This document shows positions 8,679-20,099 of a stretch of 33,668 nt of DNA, piece by piece. The DNA lies in sequence record SRR20825006_530; one strand, given 5' to 3'. Numbering within the stretch: position 1 is the stretch's first letter; each line of letters begins with the position of its first letter. Under the pieces are notes generated by a model that was not told the origin of the DNA, did no database searches, and saw only the letters and a program-made list of their open reading frames with translations. The position numbers and the translations under genes were made by a program.

Positions 8679-10181
8679 CTATTCAGCAGGGGTCTTGGAC
8701 ACTTTCACGGTTGTCAGTACGGCAAAGCCGCAAAAGAACAGAAGCGCGATGGCAGACATGCCGACTCGCTGGCTGTTCGACCATGTCGTGAACAATTCGA
8801 TCAGCAAGGGCCCGATCCAGACAGTGACGGTGCCCGCAATCGCATAAAGCCCGAAGAACTCCCCCCGCATATGCGTTGGTGCAATGTGGACCAGCATCGA
8901 CCGGCTCGACGAAATGTTCGCCGTGGCGAACACGCCGATCAGCGCCCCGTTCAGCAGGTAGGTGACGTCAGACAGGCTGGAGAAAACGGGTGCCTGCCAC
9001 AGTTCGCGGTTCTCGATCAGGCCGAACAGGATGGAATCCCGCGTCACGGACAAGCCAAAGAACAAGATGATGACGATTGCCATCAGCTCCATCAGGAGCG
9101 CATTCTTCGGGCCGAGCTTTGAGTCGAACCAGCCGCCCGCCACACCGCCAATCGCCGCCCAGATCGAGGCCCAGATTGCGTAGACGGTCAGCTCGACAAT
9201 GCCCCAGCCGAGGAACAGGCTGACATAGACGGCCGCCAGCGCCAGCAGGGCGAACATGCCATCGGCATAAATGGTACGCGCAATCAGGAATTTGAACGCT
9301 TCCCGATATTCAGCTGCCTTGCGCACTGTGCGGACAACCCCCGCAGCCCCTTCTTTGACCGATGGGAAAAACGGGGTCCCCTTCACACCCGTATCTTTGG
9401 CGTAAAGGAAAAACGGAACGATCATCACGGCCAGCCATACCGCGCAGATCGGTCCGGCAATGCGGAAATGCTGGTACCGTGCGGTATCAATACCGAACAG
9501 GGGCTCCGCGAATGGCCAGTTCAGCATATCCGGCAGGGCAAACATGAAGACGATTGCAACGAACAACAGCGTCGCCGCCGCATTGCCGAGTGCCAAACCA
9601 AAGCCCGACACGGCCGGGAGGGCGCTTGGCCGGGCGGCGTCGGGAAGCATGGAGTTATGCGTCACCTCACTGAATGTGTAGGTGACATAGGCTGCGATGA
9701 GGATGGCGATGATTGTGCCGGTGGAAAATCCGGATTCGCCAGGCACGGCCCACCAGAGCAGGAAGCTGAGCACAGACAGGACACCGAGGAACAGGATCAG
9801 GAGCGGCTTGCGCCTCAGGCCCCGGTCGAATGCCGCTCCGAGGAAGGGCGCCGTCAGCGCCGCAATCGCGCCCGCCCATTTTGACAGGGACGCCACCACG
9901 GCCTGTCCTTTTGCGCCAGCAACCTGGCGCGCGGTTTCCGGGTCCATCCCTTCCAGCTCTCCGCTGGCCATTATGTCCGCGCCAATGATGTCGCGGGCGA
10001 AATAGGGCGCGAACACATAGATGATGATGAGGATATAATAGGGATTGCGCGCCCATTCGAACCAGGCCCACGCAAAGCCCGTCTTGCCGAGCGCTCCGCC
10101 CTCCCCGGCCGTGTGCGCGCCTTGCGCAGCTACAATTGCAGCTTCTTCGTCCTGGCCGGGCGAAATGGATGTCTCGGTCAT
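8679..10181 (-). CDS. MFS transporter (UMF1/Atg22-like)
   Basis: About 12 hydrophobic segments; WAWFEWA..., APFLGAAFD and SSRSMLVHIAP...GEFFGLYA motifs. GGAGG RBS before ATG 10181. Confidence 0.85.
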   Translation of the reverse strand: MTETSISPGQDEEAAIVAAQGAHTAGEGGALGKTGFAWAWFEWARNPYYILIIIYVFAPYFARDIIGADIMASGELEGMDPETARQVAGAKGQAVVASLSKWAGAIAALTAPFLGAAFDRGLRRKPLLILFLGVLSVLSFLLWWAVPGESGFSTGTIIAILIAAYVTYTFSEVTHNSMLPDAARPSALPAVSGFGLALGNAAATLLFVAIVFMFALPDMLNWPFAEPLFGIDTARYQHFRIAGPICAVWLAVMIVPFFLYAKDTGVKGTPFFPSVKEGAAGVVRTVRKAAEYREAFKFLIARTIYADGMFALLALAAVYVSLFLGWGIVELTVYAIWASIWAAIGGVAGGWFDSKLGPKNALLMELMAIVIILFFGLSVTRDSILFGLIENRELWQAPVFSSLSDVTYLLNGALIGVFATANISSSRSMLVHIAPTHMRGEFFGLYAIAGTVTVWIGPLLIELFTTWSNSQRVGMSAIALLFFCGFAVLTTVKVSKTPAE

Positions 10182-10273
10182 GCGGTATCCTCCCAAGTGC
10201 CGCTTGCCGGCATCTGTCGACTAGCGTGCACATTCGGAAAGAAAGTGAAAGCGGTTTTGCCGCTGTCGCAACG

Positions 10274-11698
10274 TCAGGCCGACAGCTTTTCCGCCAATTC
10301 GGCCGCGTACTTGGTGATGTCCCCCGCGCCGAGACAAACCACCATCGCGCCGGGCTCAGCCAGGGCTTTCAATGTCTCTGGCAACGCCTCCATGGACGGG
10401 ATCGTTGCAGCACCGCGATGGCCATTGCGGACTATGCTGGCGACGAGGGTCTCATGGTTGAACCCGTCAATCGGGCTCTCGCCCGCTTCATAGACCGGCG
10501 CGACCAACACATGGTCAGCCTGGTCGAAACAGCGGGAGAAATCCTCGAACAGGTCGCGCAGACGTGTATAGCGATGCGGTTGGCAAACCGCGATCAGCTG
10601 GCCTTGCCCCTGCATGGCGCGGGCAGCCTTTAATACGGCCGAAATCTCTACCGGGTGATGACCATAATCATCAATAATGCGGACGGGCGGCTTGCCTTCG
10701 ACCGGCACCCATTCCCCGACCTGTGTGAAGCGGCGCTTCACCCCGCCAAATTGCCCCATCGAGGTCCGGATCTGATCGTCTGTGGCGCCTAGCTCCAGCG
10801 CGACGGCAACGGCGGCCAGCGCATTCTGGACATTGTGCTCGCCCGCCATCGGCAGAGTCAGCCCTTCGATCATCCGCGGCTGGGCAGAGCCGGGACGGCG
10901 CAGCGCGACATCGAAATGCGCGCCCGACAGATCGGTTTTCAGATTGATGGCGCGGACATCGGCCTGGCGGTTGAAGCCATAGGTGATGCGGCGCCGGTCC
11001 GTAACGCGCGCAGCCAATCCCTGCACTTCAGGATGGTCCGTGCACAGGACGGCAAAGCCATAGAAAGGCAAATTCTCGACAAAGGTATCAAACGCCTCGC
11101 GGAGTTTCTCCATGGACCCGTAATGGTCCATGTGTTCGGCGTCGATATTGGTGACCACGGCGCAGGTCGGGTGGAGCTTGGCAAAAGTGCCGTCGCTTTC
11201 GTCACTCTCGACCACCATCCAGTCGCTCTCGCCTGCCTTGTAGTTCGACCCATAGGCATGGATGATCCCGCCATTGATGACGGTCGGGTCGATATTTGCG
11301 CCATCCAGCAGCGCCGCGACCATCGAGGTCGTCGTCGTCTTGCCATGTGTGCCCGCAATGCAGACCGTGTATTTCAGCCGCGTGATCTCGGCCAGCATGT
11401 TAGCCCGGCGCACGACCGGAATACCTGTGGCGCGCGCCGCATCGACCTCTGGATTGCCAGACTTGATCGCGGTGGAGATGATTACCGTGCCGGCCCCCTC
11501 CACATTCTCGGCGGCGTGCCCGATGAAGATCTTCGCGCCCCGCTCGCGCAGGCGCTGGATATTGTCGGACTCGCGTATGTCAGAGCCCTGCACCTGATAG
11601 CCCATCGTGATCATGACATCGGCGATGCCAGACATGCCGATGCCGCCAATGCCGACAATATGCGCGGGACCAAGATCAAACGGAGTGGGAGAAGTCAT
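10274..11698 (-). CDS. murC: UDP-N-acetylmuramate--L-alanine ligase
   Basis: [51 protein letters not shown]. Confidence 0.97.
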   Translation of the reverse strand: MTSPTPFDLGPAHIVGIGGIGMSGIADVMITMGYQVQGSDIRESDNIQRLRERGAKIFIGHAAENVEGAGTVIISTAIKSGNPEVDAARATGIPVVRRANMLAEITRLKYTVCIAGTHGKTTTTSMVAALLDGANIDPTVINGGIIHAYGSNYKAGESDWMVVESDESDGTFAKLHPTCAVVTNIDAEHMDHYGSMEKLREAFDTFVENLPFYGFAVLCTDHPEVQGLAARVTDRRRITYGFNRQADVRAINLKTDLSGAHFDVALRRPGSAQPRMIEGLTLPMAGEHNVQNALAAVAVALELGATDDQIRTSMGQFGGVKRRFTQVGEWVPVEGKPPVRIIDDYGHHPVEISAVLKAARAMQGQGQLIAVCQPHRYTRLRDLFEDFSRCFDQADHVLVAPVYEAGESPIDGFNHETLVASIVRNGHRGAATIPSMEALPETLKALAEPGAMVVCLGAGDITKYAAELAEKLSA

Positions 11699-11887
11699 GC
11701 AGGATCGTCCAAATGAGGAAACGGGAACGCCTAGCGATACCGTGACGCGGGAGCGCGAAGCAAGGACTGCTTGCGCATGACGCATTCATGAAATCCGAGG
11801 CGTTTTTCTTGAATGGGCATCGTGCGATCCCAAAATGACTGTAATGAGGCACAATTCGGGTGCTTCGTAGCGAGGGGAACCGCACTC

Positions 11888-12376
11888 ATGAAAATGCATC
11901 TGGCCCAGCTCAATGTCGGCCACCTCGTCGCGCCGACGGATGATCCGCGCGTGAAAGATTTCATGGACAATCTCGATTTCATCAACGGGATCGGCAAATC
12001 CATGCCCGGTTTCGTCTGGATGATGGAAGGATCGGGTGAGCCCGGCCAGGGCAATACGGAAGCCAAGATCGATGGCGATCCGCAGTTCGTTGCCAATCTG
12101 ACCGTCTGGGAAGACGTACAAAGCCTCGAAACCTTTGTCTGGGGCACGATCCACCGGAAATTCTACGAACGCCGCGCTGAATGGTTCGAGATGATGCGCG
12201 AGATGCATTTCGTCATGTGGTGGGTGCCAGAGGGCCACGAGCCGACACTGGACGAAGCACTGGAACGACTGGCCCGCCGCCAGCAAGATGGCGACACGGA
12301 TGAAGCCTTCGGATGGGAATGGCTGCGTGAAGCCGAATTGCACAAGACGCACGCTTGCGCGCCCCGTGTTGCCTAA
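11888..12376 (+). CDS. DUF3291-like protein
   Basis: MHLAQLNVG...PGFVW...NLTVWED...FVWGTIH...RRAEWF...[20 protein letters not shown]...G.T..AF pattern. GAGGGG RBS before ATG 11888; stop overlaps the murG stop. Confidence 0.85.
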   Translation: MKMHLAQLNVGHLVAPTDDPRVKDFMDNLDFINGIGKSMPGFVWMMEGSGEPGQGNTEAKIDGDPQFVANLTVWEDVQSLETFVWGTIHRKFYERRAEWFEMMREMHFVMWWVPEGHEPTLDEALERLARRQQDGDTDEAFGWEWLREAELHKTHACAPRVA

Positions 12377-13470
12377 AGCTCCGCCACCCGCTCGGCCATG
12401 TCTGCCAGCTCTTTGGCGGCGTTGACCTTGGCAGACGCCTTGGCTGCGGCTGCCCGTGCGCGCAGATCGTCGGCATCCTGCAGACGGGCCGTTATCAGCG
12501 CGCCCAGCAATTGCGGATAGAGATTGCTCTCCAGCACCATGTCGGCGGCGCCAATCTCCGTCAGGGCCTCGGCATTGGCGGCCTGATGATCATCCATGGC
12601 AATCGCCAGCGGAATCAGGATGGACGGCCGACCGACCGCGGCAATCTCCGATACTGTGCCGGCGCCCGACCGTGCGATGACGAGATGCGCCTGTGACAGC
12701 TTCTGCGGCATGTCCGAGAAGAACGGCGACAACTCGGCTTCAATCTTCACACGCCGATACATGTTATCGACAAAGGCATACTGTTCCTGACGCACCTGCT
12801 GGATGATGCGAAGCCGCGCCTGCAGCGGGGGCGGCACGAAATCAACAATCGCCGTCGGGATCGTTTCACCGATGATCTTGGACCCCTGACTTCCGCCCGT
12901 AATCAGGATGGTCAGCATATCGTCCGTGGAGGGATAGGGATCCTCCCGCCGCGCCAGTATGGCCTCACGCACCGGATTGCCGACGGCCAGATGCGCGCTC
13001 CAGGAGGGTAGCCTGTCGAGCCGCTCGAACCCGCTGGCGACCAGTTTGGCCTGCCGGGCGAAACGTCGGTTGACCCGCCCGAGAACAGCGTTCTGCTCAT
13101 GGATGATGATCGGCACCTTCATGCGGCGCGCCGCAGCCAGTGCCGGGAAGGCCGGATAGCCACCAAAGCCTGCGATCAGGCTGGGCCGGGTTTCACGGAT
13201 CAGGGTTTTCGCACGGGATATGCCCGCATTGATCTTCATGGCCGTCGCCGGCAGAGTCCATGGCTTGCGGAGATTGGGGGAAGAGGCCTGAATCTGTTCC
13301 AGCCAGTCTGCCGGAAATTCCTTGGCATATTTTGCGCCGCGCTTGTCAGAGATCAGGCCAACCTTCCAGCCTCTTGCAATCATCTCGTCGGCAAAGGCTC
13401 TGGCGGGGAACATGTGCCCCCCCGTGCCACCTGCTGCGATGACGACAAGCTTGTCTCTGTCTTCAGCCAT
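12373..13470 (-). CDS. murG: Undecaprenyl-PP-MurNAc-pentapeptide GlcNAc transferase
   Basis: [45 protein letters not shown]. Confidence 0.97.
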   Translation of the reverse strand: MAEDRDKLVVIAAGGTGGHMFPARAFADEMIARGWKVGLISDKRGAKYAKEFPADWLEQIQASSPNLRKPWTLPATAMKINAGISRAKTLIRETRPSLIAGFGGYPAFPALAAARRMKVPIIIHEQNAVLGRVNRRFARQAKLVASGFERLDRLPSWSAHLAVGNPVREAILARREDPYPSTDDMLTILITGGSQGSKIIGETIPTAIVDFVPPPLQARLRIIQQVRQEQYAFVDNMYRRVKIEAELSPFFSDMPQKLSQAHLVIARSGAGTVSEIAAVGRPSILIPLAIAMDDHQAANAEALTEIGAADMVLESNLYPQLLGALITARLQDADDLRARAAAAKASAKVNAAKELADMAERVAEL

Positions 13471-14614
13471 ACCGGCCCCTTGTGCGCGTACCTTGTCCGC
13501 GCACAAGTGCCAGCGCAAGGCCCAGTGTCAATCCCGTCCCGATCATGGACGAGCCACCATAGGACACAAATGGCAGTGTCATGCCCTTTGGCGGGATAAG
13601 GGCCAGATTTACGGCAATGTTTATGGCAGCCTGAAGGCCGAATAGCGTGAAGAGTCCGGCAGCCGCAGCGCGCGCATAGCCATCTTCCACACGTGAACTG
13701 GCACGGAAGCCCCGCAGGATCAGCAATACGAAAACCGCCATCAGCATCAGCGCCGCGATCAGGCCAAACTCCTCGACCATGACCGCATAGATGAAATCAG
13801 TGTGCGCGTCCGGCAGATGGATCTTAACTTGCCCCTCCCCCGGTCCAACACCAAACAATCCCCCCCGGCCGATGGCTTCGGCAGCACGGTCAATCTGGTA
13901 AGTATCGGCAGAGTCTGGATTGATGAAGCTGTTCACCCGGTAGCGAACATGCGGCAGCAAGGCATAAAGCGACGCCGACAAGCTGACCCCACCAACCGCG
14001 AACCCCGCCGCCCATTTCCACGGCAGGCCACTGACATAGAACGTCACGACGAAGGCCGCACTCAACAACACCGACTGTCCGACATCCGGTTGCAGCAATA
14101 ACAGGCCGAGCGTGACCGCATAGAACAGGAAGGCAATGATCGCCCAAGGCCCGGTTGGATACAGCTCTCGCTGCGCCAGCAACCAACCGCTCAGGACAAT
14201 CAAGGCAGGCTTCACCATCTCGCTCGGCTGCAGGGAAAACCCGGCAAACCGCAACCAGCGCTGCGCGCCCTTGGCCTCGTGTCCCCAAACGAGAATGAAG
14301 AACATCAGGGCAAGGCTGACGATAAAGACCAGCGTTGCAAACCGCCGCGCCCAGGTCCGGTCCAGCATGCTGACCACCACCATGATGGTCGCGCCCAAAC
14401 CGGCAAAGCAGACCTGACGGAACACAAAGAAGTATTCATCCGAATAGCCAATCCGCGCCGCCGCAGTCGGCCCCGCCGCAAGCGACATGAGCAGGCCAAT
14501 GGCAATCAGGAAAAACGCACCGCCGAAGAGCCCCCAATCGAGCGTCCGCCGCCACTCGGTCAGCCAGGACATGTCCGAGCGTGCGAGCAATGGGGCGGAT
14601 GCTACGTAGGTCAA
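13463..14614 (-). CDS. ftsW: SEDS peptidoglycan polymerase FtsW
   Basis: GAQRWL...[35 protein letters not shown]; lies between murD and murG. Confidence 0.95.
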   Translation of the reverse strand: MTYVASAPLLARSDMSWLTEWRRTLDWGLFGGAFFLIAIGLLMSLAAGPTAAARIGYSDEYFFVFRQVCFAGLGATIMVVVSMLDRTWARRFATLVFIVSLALMFFILVWGHEAKGAQRWLRFAGFSLQPSEMVKPALIVLSGWLLAQRELYPTGPWAIIAFLFYAVTLGLLLLQPDVGQSVLLSAAFVVTFYVSGLPWKWAAGFAVGGVSLSASLYALLPHVRYRVNSFINPDSADTYQIDRAAEAIGRGGLFGVGPGEGQVKIHLPDAHTDFIYAVMVEEFGLIAALMLMAVFVLLILRGFRASSRVEDGYARAAAAGLFTLFGLQAAINIAVNLALIPPKGMTLPFVSYGGSSMIGTGLTLGLALALVRGQGTRTRGRYG

Positions 14615-16026
14615 GCCAACTCCTTCAACTCCTGCGGCATCATTGACTGGACGATGCTCCGGAACACATCTCCGCGATGTTCAAAGTCGCGGAACTGGTC
14701 GAAACTTGCACAGGCAGGTGAAAGAAGAATGACCGGATTTTCGTCTCCGACCACTTTTGCATCACGAAATGCAGCCTGAACTGCATTTTCGAGCGTGCCG
14801 CATGTTTGCAGGGCCACCTTGCCCTTCAGCGTTGCGGCGAAGGTTTCTTCGGAGTCCCCGATCAGATAGGCCTTCGTGATGTTCGGGAACAGCGGCGCCA
14901 ATGGCTGGATGCCCTCAGCCTTCGAAACACCGCCTGCAATCCAGTATGCTTTCTTGTAGGCTTTCAACGCCTGTTCGGCGGCTTCGGCATTGGTCGCCTT
15001 GGAGTCATTGACGAATTTCACGCCATCAATCTCGCCAACCATTTCGAGTCGGTGGGCAAGACCCGGGAAGGTGCGAATACCATCCATGATGGTCTGTGGG
15101 TCGAGGCCCAGCGCCCGGCAGGCGGCATAGGCTGCCGCGGCATTCTGGTGGTTGTGACGGCCCGGCAGCGCCATGCAGTCGGAGAGGTTACCGACGAACT
15201 GCGCCTGACCGCTATTGCTGTCATAGAGTCGTCCGTCCACGGCGCTGACGCCCCGGCCGAGCGCATAGGTGGATGAAGCCTGGACAACACGCGCTGGTCC
15301 ATTTGCCGACAGGCCGATGGCGATGGACTGGGTGATCACATCGTCAAAGCCAATGATCGCAACATCTTTCTCGGTCTGGTTCTGGAAGATGCGCATTTTC
15401 GCAGCCTGGTACCCGTCCATGCCGCCATGGCGGTCCAGATGATCCGGCGTGATGTTGAGCAGCACGGCGACATCGCAATGCAGGCTCTTCACCAGGTCCA
15501 GCTGGTAGGAAGAGAGCTCCAGAACATAGGTTGCGTTGGCGTGCAGTGGGGCAAGGTCCAGCACGCCTGTGCCGATATTGCCCCCGATGCGCGCATCACG
15601 GCCCGCATGTTTCAGGATATGCCCGATCAACGCGGTTGTGGTCGACTTCCCGTTCGTGCCGGTGATGGCCACGATCTTCGGACGGCCACGCTCTGGCAGG
15701 GCCTGCACAGCGCGGGCGAACAATTCCATGTCGCCGACGACCGGCACATTGGTCATTTCCGCCATCCGCACAATCCGGTGCGGCTGCGGGAATTTGTATG
15801 GCACGCCGGGGGAAAGGACGAGCGCGGCAAAGGTCTGCCAGTCGCGCTTGTTGATGTCTGACAGGGTCAGGCCAGCGGCCTCCGCCTTTGCGCGAGTCTC
15901 TTCATTGTCATCCCACGCATGAACACGCGCGCCCCCGGCCTTGAGGGCCTTGGCAGCCGAGAGGCCTGTCCGGCCAAGGCCGAACACAGCAACATCTCTT
16001 CCAGCATATTCAGTAATCGGAATCAT
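14611..16026 (-). CDS. murD: UDP-MurNAc-L-Ala--D-Glu ligase
   Basis: ITGTNGKSTTT, ELSSYQL, DHLDRH, NDSKATN, LLSPACASFDQF. Confidence 0.97.
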   Translation of the reverse strand: MIPITEYAGRDVAVFGLGRTGLSAAKALKAGGARVHAWDDNEETRAKAEAAGLTLSDINKRDWQTFAALVLSPGVPYKFPQPHRIVRMAEMTNVPVVGDMELFARAVQALPERGRPKIVAITGTNGKSTTTALIGHILKHAGRDARIGGNIGTGVLDLAPLHANATYVLELSSYQLDLVKSLHCDVAVLLNITPDHLDRHGGMDGYQAAKMRIFQNQTEKDVAIIGFDDVITQSIAIGLSANGPARVVQASSTYALGRGVSAVDGRLYDSNSGQAQFVGNLSDCMALPGRHNHQNAAAAYAACRALGLDPQTIMDGIRTFPGLAHRLEMVGEIDGVKFVNDSKATNAEAAEQALKAYKKAYWIAGGVSKAEGIQPLAPLFPNITKAYLIGDSEETFAATLKGKVALQTCGTLENAVQAAFRDAKVVGDENPVILLSPACASFDQFRDFEHRGDVFRSIVQSMMPQELKELA

Positions 16027-16036
16027 GGGTCTCGGC

Positions 16037-17230
16037 TTACCTCAGCTTCAACGTTGCGAGGCCCGCGAGGGCGAACAAGACGGACAGGATCCAGAAGCGC
16101 GCCACAACGCGCGTTTCTGGCCAGTTTTTCTTCTGGAAGTGGTGGTGCAGCGGCGCCATGAGGAAGATGCGCTTGCCTTCCCCCGTCAGCTTGCGGGTGA
16201 CCTTGAACCAGCCGACCTGTATCATCACAGACACCGCTTCCATCACGAACAGACCGCCAATGATAACCAGCGCAAATTCGTGCTTGGCCGCCACCGCAAC
16301 GACACCCAGCATTCCTCCAAGCCCGAGCGATCCGGTGTCGCCCATGAAGACCTTGGCCGGATAGGCATTATACCAGAGGAAGCCCATGCCCGCGCCGATC
16401 ATGGAGGCGAGCAACACGGTCAGTTCGCCGGTGCCCGGCGTGAACTGGATGCCGAGATAGTCGGCGAAGACGAAGTTACCTGTCAGGTAAGCAATCAGGG
16501 CATAGGAGGCAGCCGCGAAACTCATCGGCACAATGGCGAGGCCATCCAGACCGTCGGTGAAGTTCACCGCATTCGCGCTGCCGACAACCACGATCATGCC
16601 AAACAGGATGAAGAAGCCGCCAAGCGGGAAGAAATAGTCATTTACGAAGGGCACAGCCACGCCGCCGGAAAAGGCCGGGTCGGCAGGCTCGACGCTTGTT
16701 TCAGGTGCCAGGCTGGCAATGCTCTCAGCCAATCCGTTCAGCGGGCCCCATTCGGCATGACCCGCTGGCGTGTGCGCGCCGTGCAGGCCCATGATGAACG
16801 CACAGGCAATCGCCGCTATGCCAAAGCCCGCGAGCAGGCGCACGCTCGCCGGAACGCCATCCGCGCTCTGCTTGGAAACCTTGGCAAGATCATCCAGGAA
16901 GCCAAGAACGGCGTAAGACAGTGTCACGAACAGTGTGACCCAGATGTATGGGTTCGTCAGGTTGCCCCAGAGCAAGACGCCGACCACCAGGCCCAGCCAG
17001 ATCAGGAAACCGCCCATTGTCGGCGTGCCCTGCTTCGACAGCTGCGCTTCCAGCGACAAGTCGCGGATCGGCTGGCCCTTACCCTGCCGGGCACGGAGGA
17101 AGTTGATGATTGCGTCTCCGAACAGGACGGTCACAAGGAACGCCGTCACCACGGCCGCGCCGGACCGGAATGTGATATAGTTCAGAACGTTAAATATACC
17201 GCTGTCTGCGGCCAGCCATTCGTATAGCAT
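16037..17230 (-). CDS. mraY: Phospho-N-acetylmuramoyl-pentapeptide transferase
   Basis: [43 protein letters not shown]. Confidence 0.97.
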   Translation of the reverse strand: MLYEWLAADSGIFNVLNYITFRSGAAVVTAFLVTVLFGDAIINFLRARQGKGQPIRDLSLEAQLSKQGTPTMGGFLIWLGLVVGVLLWGNLTNPYIWVTLFVTLSYAVLGFLDDLAKVSKQSADGVPASVRLLAGFGIAAIACAFIMGLHGAHTPAGHAEWGPLNGLAESIASLAPETSVEPADPAFSGGVAVPFVNDYFFPLGGFFILFGMIVVVGSANAVNFTDGLDGLAIVPMSFAAASYALIAYLTGNFVFADYLGIQFTPGTGELTVLLASMIGAGMGFLWYNAYPAKVFMGDTGSLGLGGMLGVVAVAAKHEFALVIIGGLFVMEAVSVMIQVGWFKVTRKLTGEGKRIFLMAPLHHHFQKKNWPETRVVARFWILSVLFALAGLATLKLR

Positions 17231-18663
17231 CACCCAACCTCTGCGGCGCCTTCTGCCCCGCGTTCCATCTTACCCATTGCCGAGTCGCTCCATTGGCGAA
17301 TTCGGTCAGCTAGTTTCGCCATCCCGGACGCATTCGACCCCTTGATCAAGAGCACATCTCCATCTCGGAGCGCATTTTGCAGAGGATTCCACAGCTCTTC
17401 CCAATTGCGAGTCCAGGTCTGCTCCAACTGAGGCGGAAGTGCGTCCGAAAGATGAGTCATTTTGTCGCCTGCCAGGAAAATGGCAGCTGGTCCAGTATCC
17501 GCCACCGGATCCGCAAGCGCGGCATGTTCAGCATCCGACGTTTCGCCAATTTCGAGCATTTCGCCGAGCGCAATCAGCCGACGTCCACTGCCCCGACGGG
17601 ACAGCGCAGCCAATGAGGCCTTCATGCTCGCCGGGTTTGCATTGTAGGCATCATCGATCAGCGTAATGTGTCCACCCTGTGGCAGGGTGAGCTGTTCGGC
17701 TGCCCCCCGACCGGGAGGTGGCGTGTAACCGGAAAGTGCCTCGGCGCAGTCCTCGACCGACAGACCGGACTGGCTGGCGGCCAGAACCGCCGCTGCCGCA
17801 TTCATGGCCCAATGCTCACCAACCGCATTGATCGTGACAAGCACCGGCTTGCCGACAATATCGAGCTGGATCCGGCTTTCATTGCCGTCTGTCTCATATC
17901 CGACAATACGCGCCGTCGCATTGGCGCTCCGGCCAAAACTCTCGAGATTGCCCGTCGGGCAGAAGCGCCGCGCGCGTCCGGCAAGATAGTCAAAGAATTC
18001 GTCATCGGCAGGCAGGATAAATGTCCCACCGGCCTCCATGCCGGTAAAGATATCTGCCTTCTCATGCGCAACTGCGCTGAGAGAGCCGAGCCCTTCAAGA
18101 TGCGCCCCCGCAATACAGGTCACGATGCCGGTATGCGGACGAACCATCTGGCTGCGCGGCGCGATCTCGCCAGGAGTCGACATGCCAATCTCGAAAACGG
18201 CGCGCGTGGTGTCTTCCGGCATGCGCGCCAGAGTCAGCGGCACACCCCAATGATTGTTGAAACTCTTCACATTCCAGTGCGCCGGGCCGAAGGCGCGATA
18301 GATCTGTGCCAGCATTTCCTTGACGCTGGTCTTGCCGGCTGAACCGGTCACGGCCGTGCGATGCGCGCCACAGCGGACCCGCGCGGCCACACCCATCTGC
18401 TCCAGCGCTTCCTGCACATCATCCACAATGAGCTGAGGCCCCTGCCCGACCTGACGCGACACGAGTGCGCCCGCCGCGCCCGCAGCAAAGGCCGCCTCGA
18501 CGAAATCATGCCCATCGCGCTGGTCCGTCAGCGCCACGAACAGGTCGCCCGGCTTCAGGCTGCGTGTGTCGATCGACACTGAACCCGTCACAGAGAACGG
18601 ATCCGTCGCCCTGCCACCCGTAATGAGCGCGATATCGGAAGAGATCCAGAGCGGCGCGTTCAT
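17230..18663 (-). CDS. murF: UDP-MurNAc-tripeptide--D-Ala-D-Ala ligase
   Basis: [55 protein letters not shown]. Confidence 0.96.
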   Translation of the reverse strand: MNAPLWISSDIALITGGRATDPFSVTGSVSIDTRSLKPGDLFVALTDQRDGHDFVEAAFAAGAAGALVSRQVGQGPQLIVDDVQEALEQMGVAARVRCGAHRTAVTGSAGKTSVKEMLAQIYRAFGPAHWNVKSFNNHWGVPLTLARMPEDTTRAVFEIGMSTPGEIAPRSQMVRPHTGIVTCIAGAHLEGLGSLSAVAHEKADIFTGMEAGGTFILPADDEFFDYLAGRARRFCPTGNLESFGRSANATARIVGYETDGNESRIQLDIVGKPVLVTINAVGEHWAMNAAAAVLAASQSGLSVEDCAEALSGYTPPPGRGAAEQLTLPQGGHITLIDDAYNANPASMKASLAALSRRGSGRRLIALGEMLEIGETSDAEHAALADPVADTGPAAIFLAGDKMTHLSDALPPQLEQTWTRNWEELWNPLQNALRDGDVLLIKGSNASGMAKLADRIRQWSDSAMGKMERGAEGAAEVG

Positions 18664-20099
18664 CCGGCGCCGCCTTTCAGCGCATCCAGCGCCGTGTCCT
18701 GATCTGAGAACGGGATGATATCCGCGCCAATGATCTGGCCGGTCTCGTGGCCCTTGCCAGCGATCACCAGCGTGTCGCCTTTTTTCAGTTCGGCGATAAT
18801 CGTCCGGATGGCCTCTCCGCGGTCGCCAATCTCGCGCGCGTTCGGCGCGGTTTCGAGAATGGCATGCCGGATCATGTCCGGGTCTTCAGAGCGCGGGTTG
18901 TCGTCGGTGACGATCACATCGTCGGCCTGACGCGTTGCGATCTCACCCATCAGCGGGCGCTTCTTGGCATCGCGGTCACCGCCGCACCCAAAGATGACTT
19001 TCAGTCGGCCAGCTGTATGCGGACGAACGGCGCGCAGCAACACGTCGAGCCCGTCCGGCGTGTGGGCATAATCGACAAACACGCCCGCGCCTGCCTCGGT
19101 CTTGCCGACCAGTTCGAGTCGCCCCTTAACGGGCTTCAGCTTGGACAGGCCGTCCATCACCGCGTCGACGTCCATGCCCAGCGACAAGCAGATCGCCGCC
19201 GCCGCCAGCGCATTCAACGCCTGGAACTCGCCGATCAGCGGCAGTTCGAAAGGCTTCAATTCGACATCGCGCCAGAACAGGTTGAGCACCTGCCCGGTCG
19301 CGCGCGGCATGATTTCGTCGATCCAGAGATCCTCGCCGCGCCAGCCGAAGGACACGACCTGCAGGCCATGATCGGTTGCGGCCTTCTCGAAGACCTCGCG
19401 ATGGTCGCTGTCGGCGTTCACGATGGCTGGCATGCCCTGTCCGCCAAAGTCGCGGAACAGGCGCAGTTTGGCGTCGAGGTATTCTTCCATCGTGGCGTGA
19501 TAGTCGAGATGGTCCTGGGTAAAGTTCAGGAAAGCAACAGCCGACAAGTCCACACCATCAAGGCGATGTTGCTCCAGGCCGTGGCTGGACGCCTCCATCG
19601 CACAATGGGTGACCCCTTGCCCGGCCAGTTCGTGGAGGGTCTCGTGAATGGTAACCGGATCAGGTGTCGTATGGCCGACATCAATCTTGCCCTTCGGGCC
19701 AATGGCACCAAGCGTGCCCATCGAGGCAGCCGACAGGTTTGCATTCGCCCAGATCTGGCGACAGAAATCCACCGTCGAGGATTTGCCATTCGTACCTGTC
19801 ACGGCAGCGATCGTTTTCGGCTGCGCGACATGGAAGCGCTTCGCGGCAAGGGCCAGCGCGCGGCGCGGCTCATCCGCGATCACATGCGTAGCACCATCTA
19901 CCGCAACGCCGCCTTCGGACAGGATCGCCGCAGCGCCTTTTTCGATTGCCTGCGGAATATAGTCCCGACCATCCGATACGGTGCCTTTCAGCGCCGCGAA
20001 CAGATAGCCCGGCGCTACCCGACGGCTGTCAGCCGTCATGCCTTTGATTTCGATGTCTCCCTGCTCGACGAGCGGGAACAGGTCTTTCAGTTTGGTCAC
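18660..20099 (-). CDS. murE: UDP-MurNAc-dipeptide--meso-DAP ligase
   Basis: VTGTNGKSST, TTPDP, MEASSHGL, DYAHTPDG, GCGGDRD, DNPR (DAP-type motif), AGKGHE. Confidence 0.97.
   Translation of the reverse strand: MTKLKDLFPLVEQGDIEIKGMTADSRRVAPGYLFAALKGTVSDGRDYIPQAIEKGAAAILSEGGVAVDGATHVIADEPRRALALAAKRFHVAQPKTIAAVTGTNGKSSTVDFCRQIWANANLSAASMGTLGAIGPKGKIDVGHTTPDPVTIHETLHELAGQGVTHCAMEASSHGLEQHRLDGVDLSAVAFLNFTQDHLDYHATMEEYLDAKLRLFRDFGGQGMPAIVNADSDHREVFEKAATDHGLQVVSFGWRGEDLWIDEIMPRATGQVLNLFWRDVELKPFELPLIGEFQALNALAAAAICLSLGMDVDAVMDGLSKLKPVKGRLELVGKTEAGAGVFVDYAHTPDGLDVLLRAVRPHTAGRLKVIFGCGGDRDAKKRPLMGEIATRQADDVIVTDDNPRSEDPDMIRHAILETAPNAREIGDRGEAIRTIIAELKKGDTLVIAGKGHETGQIIGADIIPFSDQDTALDALKGGAG

Noticed and set aside
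15941-17227. 428-aa plus-strand ORF
   Set aside because: Antisense shadow of mraY in GC-rich DNA; no recognisable motifs.
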